From Bacilli bacterium (GTDB lineage: Bacteria; Bacillota_I; Bacilli_A; RFN20; CAG-826): 40,982 bases of DNA. Below, piece after piece: positions 28,932 to 37,272 of the stretch. The position numbers were made by a program, and so were the translations under genes. The stretch lies in NCBI GenBank assembly GCA_034116505.1, contig JAXERM010000047.1:1-40982 (forward strand). Reading direction: 5' to 3'. A model generated the notes under the pieces. It saw nothing but the letters and a program-made list of their open reading frames with translations, was not told the DNA's origin and searched no databases. Positions within the stretch are counted from its first letter, which is position 1, and the number at the start of each line of letters is the position of its first letter.

Positions 28932-28966
28932 AAAAAAGTGGAGCGATTCATTTCGCTCCATTTTTT
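28932..28966. terminator. Bidirectional rho-independent terminator between the convergent malG-like and yolD-like genes
   Basis: AAAAAA-g-TGGAGCGA-ttcatt-TCGCTCCA-TTTTTT. Confidence 0.75.
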
Positions 28967-29276
28967 ATATTTCAACCAATCCGATAATTTCTTTTAAATA
29001 TATTTTTGTATTGCTAGTTAAGATAATCACTTGGTTATAGGGATCAATCTTTTTAATGATCCCTTCTAGATGATTGATTTTTTTATATCGATAATAAGAT
29101 ATTTTTAATGGTTGTCCATGATAAGAAACAAGAATATTATTGATGTTTTCTGCTTCTTCTAACGATATCGTGGGCTTATTTACCTCATTTAAGTGCCTTT
29201 TTTGCTCATCTAAGACCAACCATTGTTCTTTAAGCGATTTATAAGGCGCCCACTTTTTCATTCCCCGGTCGCTCAT
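28965..29276 (-). CDS. YolD-like protein (accessory partner of Y-family polymerases)
   Basis: 103 aa starting MSDRGMKKWAPYKSL, which fits the RGM.KW.P motif. Its ATG overlaps the polymerase stop (ATGA). Confidence 0.75.
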   Translation of the reverse strand: MSDRGMKKWAPYKSLKEQWLVLDEQKRHLNEVNKPTISLEEAENINNILVSYHGQPLKISYYRYKKINHLEGIIKKIDPYNQVIILTSNTKIYLKEIIGLVEI

Positions 29277-30520
29277 TTTCTATGGCCTCCAATTTGATTA
29301 TTTCTTTCGATCATTGTGGAATTTTCTAATAGAGCACTGGCTTTTAATAAAATGTTTTTACCATATTTATCTTTTAAATGATCCATCGCGATATTCAAAT
29401 GATATTCATTTTCCTCTTTTTCCATATTTTCAAATATATTGCCTTGTCGGACATTATTATCTTTTAATTTAGCAAAATTAATACCGATATTTCTGATCGG
29501 AAGATCTTTGACATTTTTATGATAGATTTCTAATAATGCCGATTTTAATTTTTCTGTATCGTCAGTGGGAGTTAATAATGACATTTGTCTAGCAAAGCCA
29601 CCTTGAGCTTCTTTTGCGTAACCAATATATAAGCTAACTAAAGCCGCTAATTTGTGGTTGCTCCTTAATCTTGATGATAAATCGTCACACATTTCTTTAA
29701 TGATTAAAGGCGCTTCTAAATAAGAATAATCTTTAAATAATACTTGGGCTTGTGAAAGACTTGTTTCTTTTGGAACATATTGTTCATGGATATCCGATTC
29801 ATCAATCCCGTTCGCGTGATCGATTAATTGTTCACCCATTATCCCAAATACCTTTTTAAAATAAGCGCGATTAGAAGTGGCGAGTTGACCGACATTATTA
29901 ATACCTAAAGCATTTAATTTTGCTTCTGTGCGACTACCAATTCCCCATATTTTATGTAGAGGAGTAATCGGCCATAATTTAGTTTTGATATCTTTTTTTC
30001 TTAGGATGGCAATCCCATCTTTTTCATGTTTAGCGTATACATCTAAAGCAACTTTTGCTAAAAAGAAATTATCACCAATGCCTCCTGTCGCTCCTAGACC
30101 GGTTTTCTCTTTAATCGAATTAATAATCATTTTCACTAATTCCAAAGGTGTCTTTTTATAATAAGAAAGATAAGAAGTGATATCGATAAATGCTTCATCA
30201 ATAGAATAAACATGAATATCTTCTTCGCTGACAAAATCTAAAAGTACTCTAACAACTTCCGCGCTTTTTTCGATATATCTTTCCATCCTTGGGACAGCGT
30301 ATATATAGTCGATATTTTTGGGTAATTCTTTAATTCTTAATCTTGAAGGAATTCCTTTAGCTTTTAAAAAAGGAGAGACACTAAGAACGATTGTGTTTTT
30401 GCCTCTTTCTTTATCGGCAACCACTAAAGGGGTATTAAAAGGGTCGAGGCCGCGATCAATACATTCCACAAAAGAATAAAAGGCTTTTAAATCAATAACA
30501 GCGATATTTCTATTTTCCAT
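29273..30520 (-). CDS. Y-family (UmuC/UvrX/DinB-like) translesion DNA polymerase
   Basis: AVIDLKAFYSFVEC, catalytic SIDEAFIDIT, and HhH-like KIWGIGSRTEAKLNALGI. Confidence 0.9.
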   Translation of the reverse strand: MENRNIAVIDLKAFYSFVECIDRGLDPFNTPLVVADKERGKNTIVLSVSPFLKAKGIPSRLRIKELPKNIDYIYAVPRMERYIEKSAEVVRVLLDFVSEEDIHVYSIDEAFIDITSYLSYYKKTPLELVKMIINSIKEKTGLGATGGIGDNFFLAKVALDVYAKHEKDGIAILRKKDIKTKLWPITPLHKIWGIGSRTEAKLNALGINNVGQLATSNRAYFKKVFGIMGEQLIDHANGIDESDIHEQYVPKETSLSQAQVLFKDYSYLEAPLIIKEMCDDLSSRLRSNHKLAALVSLYIGYAKEAQGGFARQMSLLTPTDDTEKLKSALLEIYHKNVKDLPIRNIGINFAKLKDNNVRQGNIFENMEKEENEYHLNIAMDHLKDKYGKNILLKASALLENSTMIERNNQIGGHRK

Positions 30521-30529
30521 GTGTTAGCC

Positions 30530-30535
30530 ATTATA
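30530..30535 (-). promoter_or_regulatory. Perfect TATAAT -10 box 9 nt upstream of the polymerase ATG (possible leaderless mRNA)
   Basis: The minus strand reads TATAAT-ggctaacac-ATG. There is no SD and no convincing -35. Confidence 0.35.
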
Positions 30536-30742
30536 AAGGAAAAAATTTTATTATGAAATATTGACTTTATTCATGCTTTTTTGCGTATGTTAACAGCGAT
30601 GTTATTAGGTATATTTACCGTGGGATAATATTTATATTTTATCTTATATATAGAAAATTATATTAATTTTCTAATAATAGATATTTTATTTTATTAATCA
30701 TAAATATAATGGTATTATTTATAATAGCAAAGGACAAAAAAT

Positions 30743-31939
30743 ATGTTAGAAATCATTTTAAGTATTATCGTCATCGTTTTATTAATAGTTTGTTTAATTT
30801 TAATCTCTATTTTTATCTACAAAAATAATAAGAAAAAAGATGTCAATGTTGATGAAAAAATCAATAATCTCACGAAAGATTTAACTGCAACTTTAAAATT
30901 ATCAATAACAGAAGAAATGTTAAAAGTGAGCAGCAATAATAATCAACTTAACGAAAACAATAATGCGAAATTAGAAAGATTTCAAACTAACATCACTCAA
31001 GCATTAAACAACCGATTTGATTCCCTTAATGAACAAGTAACAAAACGTTTAAATGATATTGATAATAAAGTCTCAAAAGGACTTAATGATGGATTCTTAA
31101 CAACATCAAAAACTATTAGTGAAGTGCAAGAGAGATTAGCGGCGATTGACCAAGCACAAAAGAATATTCAAAAACTATCGACAGATGTCACAAGCTTAAA
31201 ACAAGTTTTAGAAAATAACCAAAGCCGAGGACAATATGGAGAATACCAACTCAGTATGGTTTTACATAATGTCTTTGGTGATACGATTGGTTGTTATGAT
31301 GAACAATATACAATTAAAAGAAGCAAAGATGGTAATGACGTGAGAGCAGACGCAGTCGTCTTTATGCCTGAGCCAAATAAGATGATTTGTATTGACTCAA
31401 AATTCCCTTTCGCAAATTACACCTCTTTATTTGAAGCCGAAACAGACGCCGAAAAAGATAAATTAATTAAAGAATTTTCTAACGATGTGAAAAAACACAT
31501 CACCACAATTAAAGATAAATATATTATCGATAATAAAACCGCACCAGAAGCGATTATGTTTATTCCTAATGATGGTGTTTTCGCTTTTATTCACCAAAAT
31601 TGTTTTGAAGTAGTGGAATACGCAAGAGAAAAACAAATCATTATTACTTCTCCAAGCACTTTACCTGCAATATTAGTAACCATTAATATGGTGCGTTTAG
31701 AAGTCATTAGAGCAAAAAACTTAAAAGAGATATCTTCCCAATTAGCGATTTTAGGTAAACAATTCTCATTATTCGCTAAAGAATGGGACACATTCTCTCG
31801 TCAATTAGAACAAGCGACAAGAACTAGGGAAAAATTAGATACACGCGTTAACCGCATTACCAATAAATTTGATGCGATTAGTACGAATGAAATCAAAGAC
31901 GATGTCGAACAAATCGAAAATAACCATGAAGACATTTGA
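30743..31939 (+). CDS. rmuC: DNA recombination protein RmuC
   Basis: N-terminal TM anchor, long coiled coil, and a C-terminal nuclease-like region (GQYGEYQLSMVL...DAVVFMPE...ICIDSKFP). Confidence 0.85.
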   Translation: MLEIILSIIVIVLLIVCLILISIFIYKNNKKKDVNVDEKINNLTKDLTATLKLSITEEMLKVSSNNNQLNENNNAKLERFQTNITQALNNRFDSLNEQVTKRLNDIDNKVSKGLNDGFLTTSKTISEVQERLAAIDQAQKNIQKLSTDVTSLKQVLENNQSRGQYGEYQLSMVLHNVFGDTIGCYDEQYTIKRSKDGNDVRADAVVFMPEPNKMICIDSKFPFANYTSLFEAETDAEKDKLIKEFSNDVKKHITTIKDKYIIDNKTAPEAIMFIPNDGVFAFIHQNCFEVVEYAREKQIIITSPSTLPAILVTINMVRLEVIRAKNLKEISSQLAILGKQFSLFAKEWDTFSRQLEQATRTREKLDTRVNRITNKFDAISTNEIKDDVEQIENNHEDI

Positions 31940-33038
31940 TTTAGACCACACATTAATTAATCTCTCCAATAGTGTACTTAAACAATTTGGAGTTGATCCA
32001 TTTCATCATACAATCAAGGAAATTGATGATATCTTAAAAAATCATCAAAAAGTCGCGGTTATATTATTAGATGGGTTAGGAACATATATTCGAAAAATCC
32101 ACCCCTATAGTGCTAGATATTTAAACGAACACTTCTTTTTACAAATATGTTCGACTTTTCCACCGACCACTGTCGCTGCCACAAATGGATTTTTATCTGC
32201 TAGATATCCGATTGAAACTGGTTGGATGAGTTGGACACAATATTTTCCTGATTATCAAAAAAATATTAATGTTTTTACTAACCGCGAAAACGAAACAAAT
32301 ATATTAATTAAACCTAAAGAAGAAAACATCTTAAGTACATATTGTCCTTATGAAAATATTATAAGTCTCATTAATAAAACAAATAATAAAGAAATTGCTA
32401 AATCAATCTTCCCTTTTCCTCTTGATGAAGAAGGACCAAAAAATCTAAGAGAAAACAGAAAAGCAGTAAAACAATTTTTAAATGATCATGAACGTTGCTT
32501 TTTATATTGCTACCACACAGATCCTGATAATACAATTCATCATTATGGGGTTAATTCCTATCGCGTTGGACATTCTATTAGAAAGTTAGTCCGCTATGTA
32601 AAGAAATTAGTTAACGATCATAAAGATACTTTATTTTTAGTAATCGCGGATCATGGATTAATTGATGTTAATTATCTCGATATCAATGATCATCCTGATT
32701 TAGTTAACACTTTATCGCAAAATATGTCGATGGAAAAAAGATGTCCAACTTTCTTTATTAAAGAAGGGCAAAAAGATGATTTTTGCGCATTATTTAAGAA
32801 ATATTATGGAGAATATTTTGATTTATATTCTAAACAAAAAGTATATGATTTAAAAATATTCGGTGAAGGTAAACCTCATCCATATGTCGATAATTTTATC
32901 GGTGATTTTTTAGCTATTGCAAAAGATAAACAATCTATTTACGATTCTAAAGCTCCTTATTGTCATTTACATAAAGCTGCACATGCGGGTGGAAATAAAA
33001 AAGAAAGCCTGATCGACATCAGCGCTTTCAATATCTAA
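31926..33038 (+). CDS. Alkaline-phosphatase-superfamily protein (type I phosphodiesterase/nucleotide pyrophosphatase- or PglZ-like fold)
   Basis: Metal and nucleophile motifs in AP-superfamily order: VILLDGLG, STFPPTTVAATNG, HTDPDNTIHHYG, VIADHGL. I prefer ATG 31926 (MKTFDLDH), which overlaps the rmuC stop by 14 nt. Confidence 0.75.
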   Translation: MKTFDLDHTLINLSNSVLKQFGVDPFHHTIKEIDDILKNHQKVAVILLDGLGTYIRKIHPYSARYLNEHFFLQICSTFPPTTVAATNGFLSARYPIETGWMSWTQYFPDYQKNINVFTNRENETNILIKPKEENILSTYCPYENIISLINKTNNKEIAKSIFPFPLDEEGPKNLRENRKAVKQFLNDHERCFLYCYHTDPDNTIHHYGVNSYRVGHSIRKLVRYVKKLVNDHKDTLFLVIADHGLIDVNYLDINDHPDLVNTLSQNMSMEKRCPTFFIKEGQKDDFCALFKKYYGEYFDLYSKQKVYDLKIFGEGKPHPYVDNFIGDFLAIAKDKQSIYDSKAPYCHLHKAAHAGGNKKESLIDISAFNI

Positions 33039-33512
33039 TTATAATAATTCTTCAATTTTATCTATGAAAGAATCGATTGTTTCTGCTGGTTCAAATCGGT
33101 TAACGATTTCACCTTGACGATTGATTAAGAATTTTGTGAAATTCCATTTGATGTTCTTTCCTTGTTTAATTGGACAATTATCTTTTAAATAACGATATAA
33201 TGGGTGTTCATTTTGACCGTTAACATCGATTTTTTCCATCTGTGGGAATTCGATCATAAATCTTAATACGCACGCTTCATGAATTTCTTCACTAGTTCCT
33301 GGAGCTTGTTTGAAAAATTGATTACAAGGGAAATCAAGAATTTCAAAGCCGCGATCTTTTAATTTTTTATAAGCGGCTTCTAAACCATCATATTGTTTTG
33401 TATGGCCACATTTTGTCGCAGTATTGATGATCAATAATACTTTTCCTTCGTATTGATGAAGGTCAACTTCTTCACCTTTATAATTATTGACCTTAAAATC
33501 ATAAATAGACAT
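33039..33512 (-). CDS. gpx: Glutathione peroxidase family (Cys-type) peroxidase
   Basis: NTATKCGHT, FPCNQF, WNFTKFL. AGGAGG RBS. Confidence 0.9.
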   Translation of the reverse strand: MSIYDFKVNNYKGEEVDLHQYEGKVLLIINTATKCGHTKQYDGLEAAYKKLKDRGFEILDFPCNQFFKQAPGTSEEIHEACVLRFMIEFPQMEKIDVNGQNEHPLYRYLKDNCPIKQGKNIKWNFTKFLINRQGEIVNRFEPAETIDSFIDKIEELL

Positions 33513-33523
33513 TGTGATACCTC

Positions 33524-33952
33524 CTAATATTGATTAATATCTTTTAAATGTCTTTCTAAAATCACCATTGCAGCAGCGGAATCGATGTTCTTTTTTTGCT
33601 TTTTCGCACTTTTGTTGTTATTTAACATGATATTGCTAGCTTCTAAAGTAGAATATCTTTCATCTACTTTTATTATATCAATTCCTGGAAATAGTGGAGC
33701 GATTTTTAAAATAAATTGTTCAACAATATTTGTCATCTCGCAAGGATCACCACTAGGGTATAAAGGATAACCGATCACAATATGTTCGATTTTTTCATCT
33801 TTAATTTCTTTTAATAATAAAGAAACCGCTTCATCATAATCGGAATGATGAAAACGAATATTAGTTAAAGGACTAACAAATTGACCTGATCTAGATATTG
33901 CTAGACCAAGCGATCCTTTTCCTAAATCTAAAGCTAAAATGTTCTTTTTCAT
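33524..33952 (-). CDS. ruvX: YqgF/RuvX putative pre-16S rRNA nuclease / Holliday-junction resolvase-like protein
   Basis: The N-terminus ILALDLGKGSLGLAIS is the YqgF signature. I prefer ATG 33952 (MKKNILALDLG) over the upstream GTG 33979. Confidence 0.85.
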   Translation of the reverse strand: MKKNILALDLGKGSLGLAISRSGQFVSPLTNIRFHHSDYDEAVSLLLKEIKDEKIEHIVIGYPLYPSGDPCEMTNIVEQFILKIAPLFPGIDIIKVDERYSTLEASNIMLNNNKSAKKQKKNIDSAAAMVILERHLKDINQY

Positions 33953-34041
33953 ATTAATATCACTAAGAATTTTAATCACTAATAATTCAAATAACCATTG
34001 AATAAATCCACACCGAGAAAGAGATATAGATTTTCACACTC

Positions 34042-34070
34042 ATAATATGGGAAAAGTAGTTTATTTGCAA
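34042..34070 (-). promoter_or_regulatory. Sigma-70-type promoter for ruvX-gpx
   Basis: The minus strand reads TTGCAA (34070..34065), a 17-nt spacer, then TATTAT (34047..34042). Confidence 0.4.
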
Positions 34071-34239
34071 GCGATGGGATGGATTTTAGATATTCCAAAC
34101 ACTATTTATTTATCACAAAGGCGTTACGTATAAATTGTAATTTTGTTTATTCACCGCTAACGAAATGTTGGACACCTTGTTCCATTTAATATTACTTCCT
34201 AAAAAGTCCCCTACCTTCTCATATAGTGGTGGGAACATG

Positions 34240-35076
34240 TCACAGAAGCTTGACTGTTTTAATAATTTTTCTTTTGGATCCTTGATACAATCCATTGCCT
34301 TCATATATCAATTCAAATCCACATTTTTCTAATACTCTTCGACTAGCCTTATTAGCCGCTAAAGCAATGCCGAATATTTGTTTAATATTGGTATTGTTTT
34401 GAATGTATTTAATGAACAAATTAACAGCTTCTGTGGCGTAACCATAACCAGTAAAAATTTTTGCAATATGATATCCGATTTCCCATCCATCTTCCAACTT
34501 CACTAACTGAACATATCCAAGGTTTATATTATCTTTTTTCCTAATAACTGAATATACAAATGGGCCATCTTTACTATCATATGCACTAATAATGTGATTA
34601 ACCACTTCACTAGCTTCTTCTAAAGAATCAAAAACTTCATCAGGAACATATTTTCGATTATCTTCATCTAATGAATTTTGATAAATATCGAAATACATAG
34701 ATTTATTCATCTTAACAATTTGCAAATTATCATTTTCTATTAAGACGCTACTATTTTGGAGAATATCTTTATTAACAATATTTTTCCAATCCTGGAAGTG
34801 CGACAGCACTCTTAAAACATAAATGCATTTTGCAAATTCATTGATTTGAAAAATTGCAACATGGTTAGCACAAATTAGATAATATGCCTTAGTGTAGTCA
34901 AAAAAAGAATTTGCTATTTTAAGCCCACTATAAGGGAAAGTTTCTAATTGTTTGAATCTATCAAATATTTTAAGGATGTATTGTTTAGAAATTTCTAAAT
35001 TATCTTTGGCAATAAAAAGTTTAATGCTTTCAAGGTCAGAAAAAGCACTATTAGTGATGATAATTTTATATGTCAT
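34240..35076 (-). CDS. Fusion protein: N-terminal ParE/RelE-family toxin domain plus a complete C-terminal GNAT (RimJ/RimL-like) N-acetyltransferase domain
   Basis: aa 1-~100: YKIIITNSAFSDLESIKLFIAKDN...FPYSGLKI...YYLICANHVAIFQINEFAKCIYVLRVLSHFQDW, the ParE pattern. aa ~110-278: a GNAT with acetyl-CoA loop IFTGYGYATEAV and ANKASRRVLEKCGFEL. It is one uninterrupted ORF. Its ATG overlaps the antitoxin stop (ATGA). Confidence 0.8.
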   Translation of the reverse strand: MTYKIIITNSAFSDLESIKLFIAKDNLEISKQYILKIFDRFKQLETFPYSGLKIANSFFDYTKAYYLICANHVAIFQINEFAKCIYVLRVLSHFQDWKNIVNKDILQNSSVLIENDNLQIVKMNKSMYFDIYQNSLDEDNRKYVPDEVFDSLEEASEVVNHIISAYDSKDGPFVYSVIRKKDNINLGYVQLVKLEDGWEIGYHIAKIFTGYGYATEAVNLFIKYIQNNTNIKQIFGIALAANKASRRVLEKCGFELIYEGNGLYQGSKRKIIKTVKLL

Positions 35077-35321
35077 AGTAATCTCTTTTTAGCGTCTTCT
35101 AAGGACATAACTCTTCCAGAATTAACGTCCGTAATTCCTTTGTTTATCTCTTGCATCAATTTGATTGTTTGATAAAGTTCATCTAAAACATTTGAATCGA
35201 TGATCGCGGTATCTTCTCTGCCATTAACCGTTATATATACTGGTTGGCCAGTAGTTTTACATAATTCGCTTATTTCTTTATATTTATTTCTTAAATCTGC
35301 ACTTGGTCTTATAATTGCCAT
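35073..35321 (-). CDS. Phd/YefM-family type II antitoxin
   Basis: 82 aa: MAIIRPSADLRNKYKEISELCKTTGQPVYITVNGREDTAIIDSNVLDEL. AAGAGG RBS. Coupled to the downstream toxin gene. Confidence 0.85.
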   Translation of the reverse strand: MAIIRPSADLRNKYKEISELCKTTGQPVYITVNGREDTAIIDSNVLDELYQTIKLMQEINKGITDVNSGRVMSLEDAKKRLL

Positions 35322-35333
35322 AAATATACCTCT

Positions 35334-35353
35334 TTATATCATAATTATATCAT
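35334..35353 (-). repeat. Tandem direct repeat ATGATATAA x2 (minus strand) overlapping the -10 region of the antitoxin promoter; candidate autoregulatory operator
   Basis: Plus strand: TTATATCAT at 35334-35342 and again at 35345-35353, 2 nt apart. The repeats sit immediately upstream of the RBS. Confidence 0.4.
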
Positions 35354-35385
35354 ATTTGGTTATTAAACAAAGGCGAGAAATATAT

Positions 35386-35410
35386 AAAAAGCCGCTTTTA
35401 CACCCGGCTT
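35386..35410 (-). terminator. Terminator-like hairpin downstream of the permease gene
   Basis: AAGCCG (35389-35394) pairs with CGGCTT (35405-35410). On the minus strand it is followed by TTTATATATTT. It lies about 170 nt from the stop, so assignment is uncertain. Confidence 0.35.
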
Positions 35411-35582
35411 GTTTGGATATTTAGATTTACCATTAAGAGATTCTTTTATAGATGGCTAAAAAGTTAAGCCGTTTTTAATGATTAAATCATAATCCATAAT
35501 TTTTATATTATCGATATATACATTAGCGTAATATAGATTAATATTTGAATAAATTAAGATAACTTAAAATAAGCGAGTTTAT

Positions 35583-36884
35583 TTATAAAACAACCATTAA
35601 GAACAATAGTGAAATCACTAATGTAGGAATTGAAATAATAGATCCATATTTTACAAAACTTAAAAATGAAAATTTGATGTCATGTTTAGTTAATAAAGAA
35701 GAAAACATTATTCCCGCTAAAGCGCCTATAGGAGTAAATATCGCTCCGATATTACTGCCAATAATTGAAGAATAAACTCCTTCTAAATAAGCTTTTCCAG
35801 TAAGTCCTTTAACAAGGTTAGAGAATAAAATCGACATTGGAATATTGTTGATGATATTCGCACTTATGAATGAAGAAACGCCATAAATCCAAATTGATGG
35901 GCCCGTATTTAAGAAATTTGATATATGTTCGCTTATTCCTTGATAGGATAAAGCAACAACAATTACAAACATCGATAGAATAAACGGAATTAATTGATAA
36001 GGAAGTCTCACAAGTGAGTCTTTTAAATAATTCCAATTCTTTTTTGTGAATAATCGAATAAATAATGAGATTAGTAATAAAGTGATCGCACCAATCAAAG
36101 AAATTAAATACATCTCTAGATGGATATAATTTGAAATAATTAATAATACTAAAACACTTATTAAAATCGTTAAACCAACGATTAAATCAACCTTGCTTTC
36201 AATTTTATATTCCTCACCTTCAGCGCTTATTGGTTCTTTAAGTTTCTTAAAGAAGATTAAGAAGATAATTCCTAGTTGGATGACTCCTGCGATAAGAGTA
36301 GGAATAGCCATAACGCTAAAATAATCAATAAAGGTAATACCCGCTGAGGTGCCTAAATATATGTTTGTTGGATTGCCAATAATAAACATCATCGACCATG
36401 TATTTGCGGCAGCGAATTCCGCAATTAAATATGGTAGGGGATTAATCTTCGTTCTTTTTGCGAAGAAACAAATAAATGGAGTAAACGTTAGTATCACTAC
36501 GTCATTAGATGTAAAGATAGTAAGAACTGCAACAAGTAGATAAAGAATAAGGAATAAAACAAATTGGTTTGAACCAGCCTTTTTGGCAGCCTTACCAGCA
36601 AGATATTTAAATAATCCAAGTTCATCTAGATAAACCGAAATGATTGTCATTGAGAAAAATAATCCAAGTATCTTAAGTGGATTAATAGATGTATGACTTG
36701 TTAATGATGAAATAACTTCGTTTATTGGAGCAAGAGAAGTCGCTAATAAAATGGTCGCAGCGATTAATGGAACTATCCAATATGTATCAATAGTGATTTT
36801 TCCGATTTTAAAATGAGGAATGAATATTATTGAAGCAATCACTCCAACAAAGGCTAAAACTGAAATAACAATAGTTGGTATCAT
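35583..36884 (-). CDS. ArsB/NhaD-superfamily (YbiR/CitMHS-like) anion permease
   Basis: 433 aa with ~11-12 TM segments. The two-halves architecture and motifs such as FTSNDVVILTFTP and SIIGSNIGAIFTPIGALAG are typical of this permease superfamily. Confidence 0.7.
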   Translation of the reverse strand: MIPTIVISVLAFVGVIASIIFIPHFKIGKITIDTYWIVPLIAATILLATSLAPINEVISSLTSHTSINPLKILGLFFSMTIISVYLDELGLFKYLAGKAAKKAGSNQFVLFLILYLLVAVLTIFTSNDVVILTFTPFICFFAKRTKINPLPYLIAEFAAANTWSMMFIIGNPTNIYLGTSAGITFIDYFSVMAIPTLIAGVIQLGIIFLIFFKKLKEPISAEGEEYKIESKVDLIVGLTILISVLVLLIISNYIHLEMYLISLIGAITLLLISLFIRLFTKKNWNYLKDSLVRLPYQLIPFILSMFVIVVALSYQGISEHISNFLNTGPSIWIYGVSSFISANIINNIPMSILFSNLVKGLTGKAYLEGVYSSIIGSNIGAIFTPIGALAGIMFSSLLTKHDIKFSFLSFVKYGSIISIPTLVISLLFLMVVL

Positions 36885-36892
36885 AAGAGAAA

Positions 36893-36920
36893 ATTATGTT
36901 CTTATTTTTATTAAAGTCAA
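36893..36920 (-). promoter_or_regulatory. Candidate promoter of the permease gene; transcript would be (near-)leaderless
   Basis: The minus strand reads TTGACT (36920..36915), a 16-nt spacer, CATAAT (36898..36893), then 8 nt to the ATG. There is no SD. Confidence 0.35.
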
Positions 36921-37101
36921 TATTATTATTTTATTTAAAAAAATAAGCCATTCAACGGACGGCTAACTATGAATATTTTTGCCCTATTTTGAATAAGTGA
37001 CTTTAGACAGCGACAACACCATTATGTGACATATCAACTGAATCGAGTGATAATACATATTTTCGGGAAACATCTTTGATAGGACTAAAAGTATTGGATT
37101 C

Positions 37102-37272
37102 TTAATCAATGGTTTCTTGTTTCAATATACTAAGACACACTTTGCAGCACTTTTTGCCATTTTTATTTGCTATAAAACCAATTTTCCCTGTATATGTCTC
37201 CCCAACATTAATACCTCGATAGTATTTGATCTATTATCTTGGAAAAATTAGAAATATTTTTTGTTTTTCTAT
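37102..37272 (-). pseudogene. Relic of a small ORF: AGGTGA SD, ATA in the start position, in-frame TAA-TAG
   Basis: The minus strand reads AGGTGA(37283..37278)-taaac-ATA GAA AAA... = (I)EKQKIFLIFPR-TAA-TAG-IKYYRGINVGETYTGKIGFIANKNGKKCCKVCLSILKQETID-TAA. No family recognised. Confidence 0.25.

Noticed and set aside
30521-30742. Search for a LexA/Cheo box (GAAC-N4-GTTC) or other SOS operator upstream of the Y-family polymerase
   Set aside because: No such motif is present on either strand. There are only AT-rich runs and -10-like hexamers.
33036-33041. Back-to-back stop codons (TAA|TTA) of the convergent AP-family and gpx genes, with zero intergenic bases and no terminator hairpin
   Set aside because: It is real in the sequence but probably just genome compaction. 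I could not find a structure within either gene end that would serve as a shared terminator, so no functional claim is made.
34113-34304. 63-aa minus-strand ORF overlapping the 3-prime end of the ParE-GNAT gene; an internal ATG at 34238 would give a 41-aa peptide right after the toxin stop
   Set aside because: It has no SD and no recognisable motif, and its first third is just an alternative frame of the GNAT domain. A third TA component cannot be supported from sequence alone.
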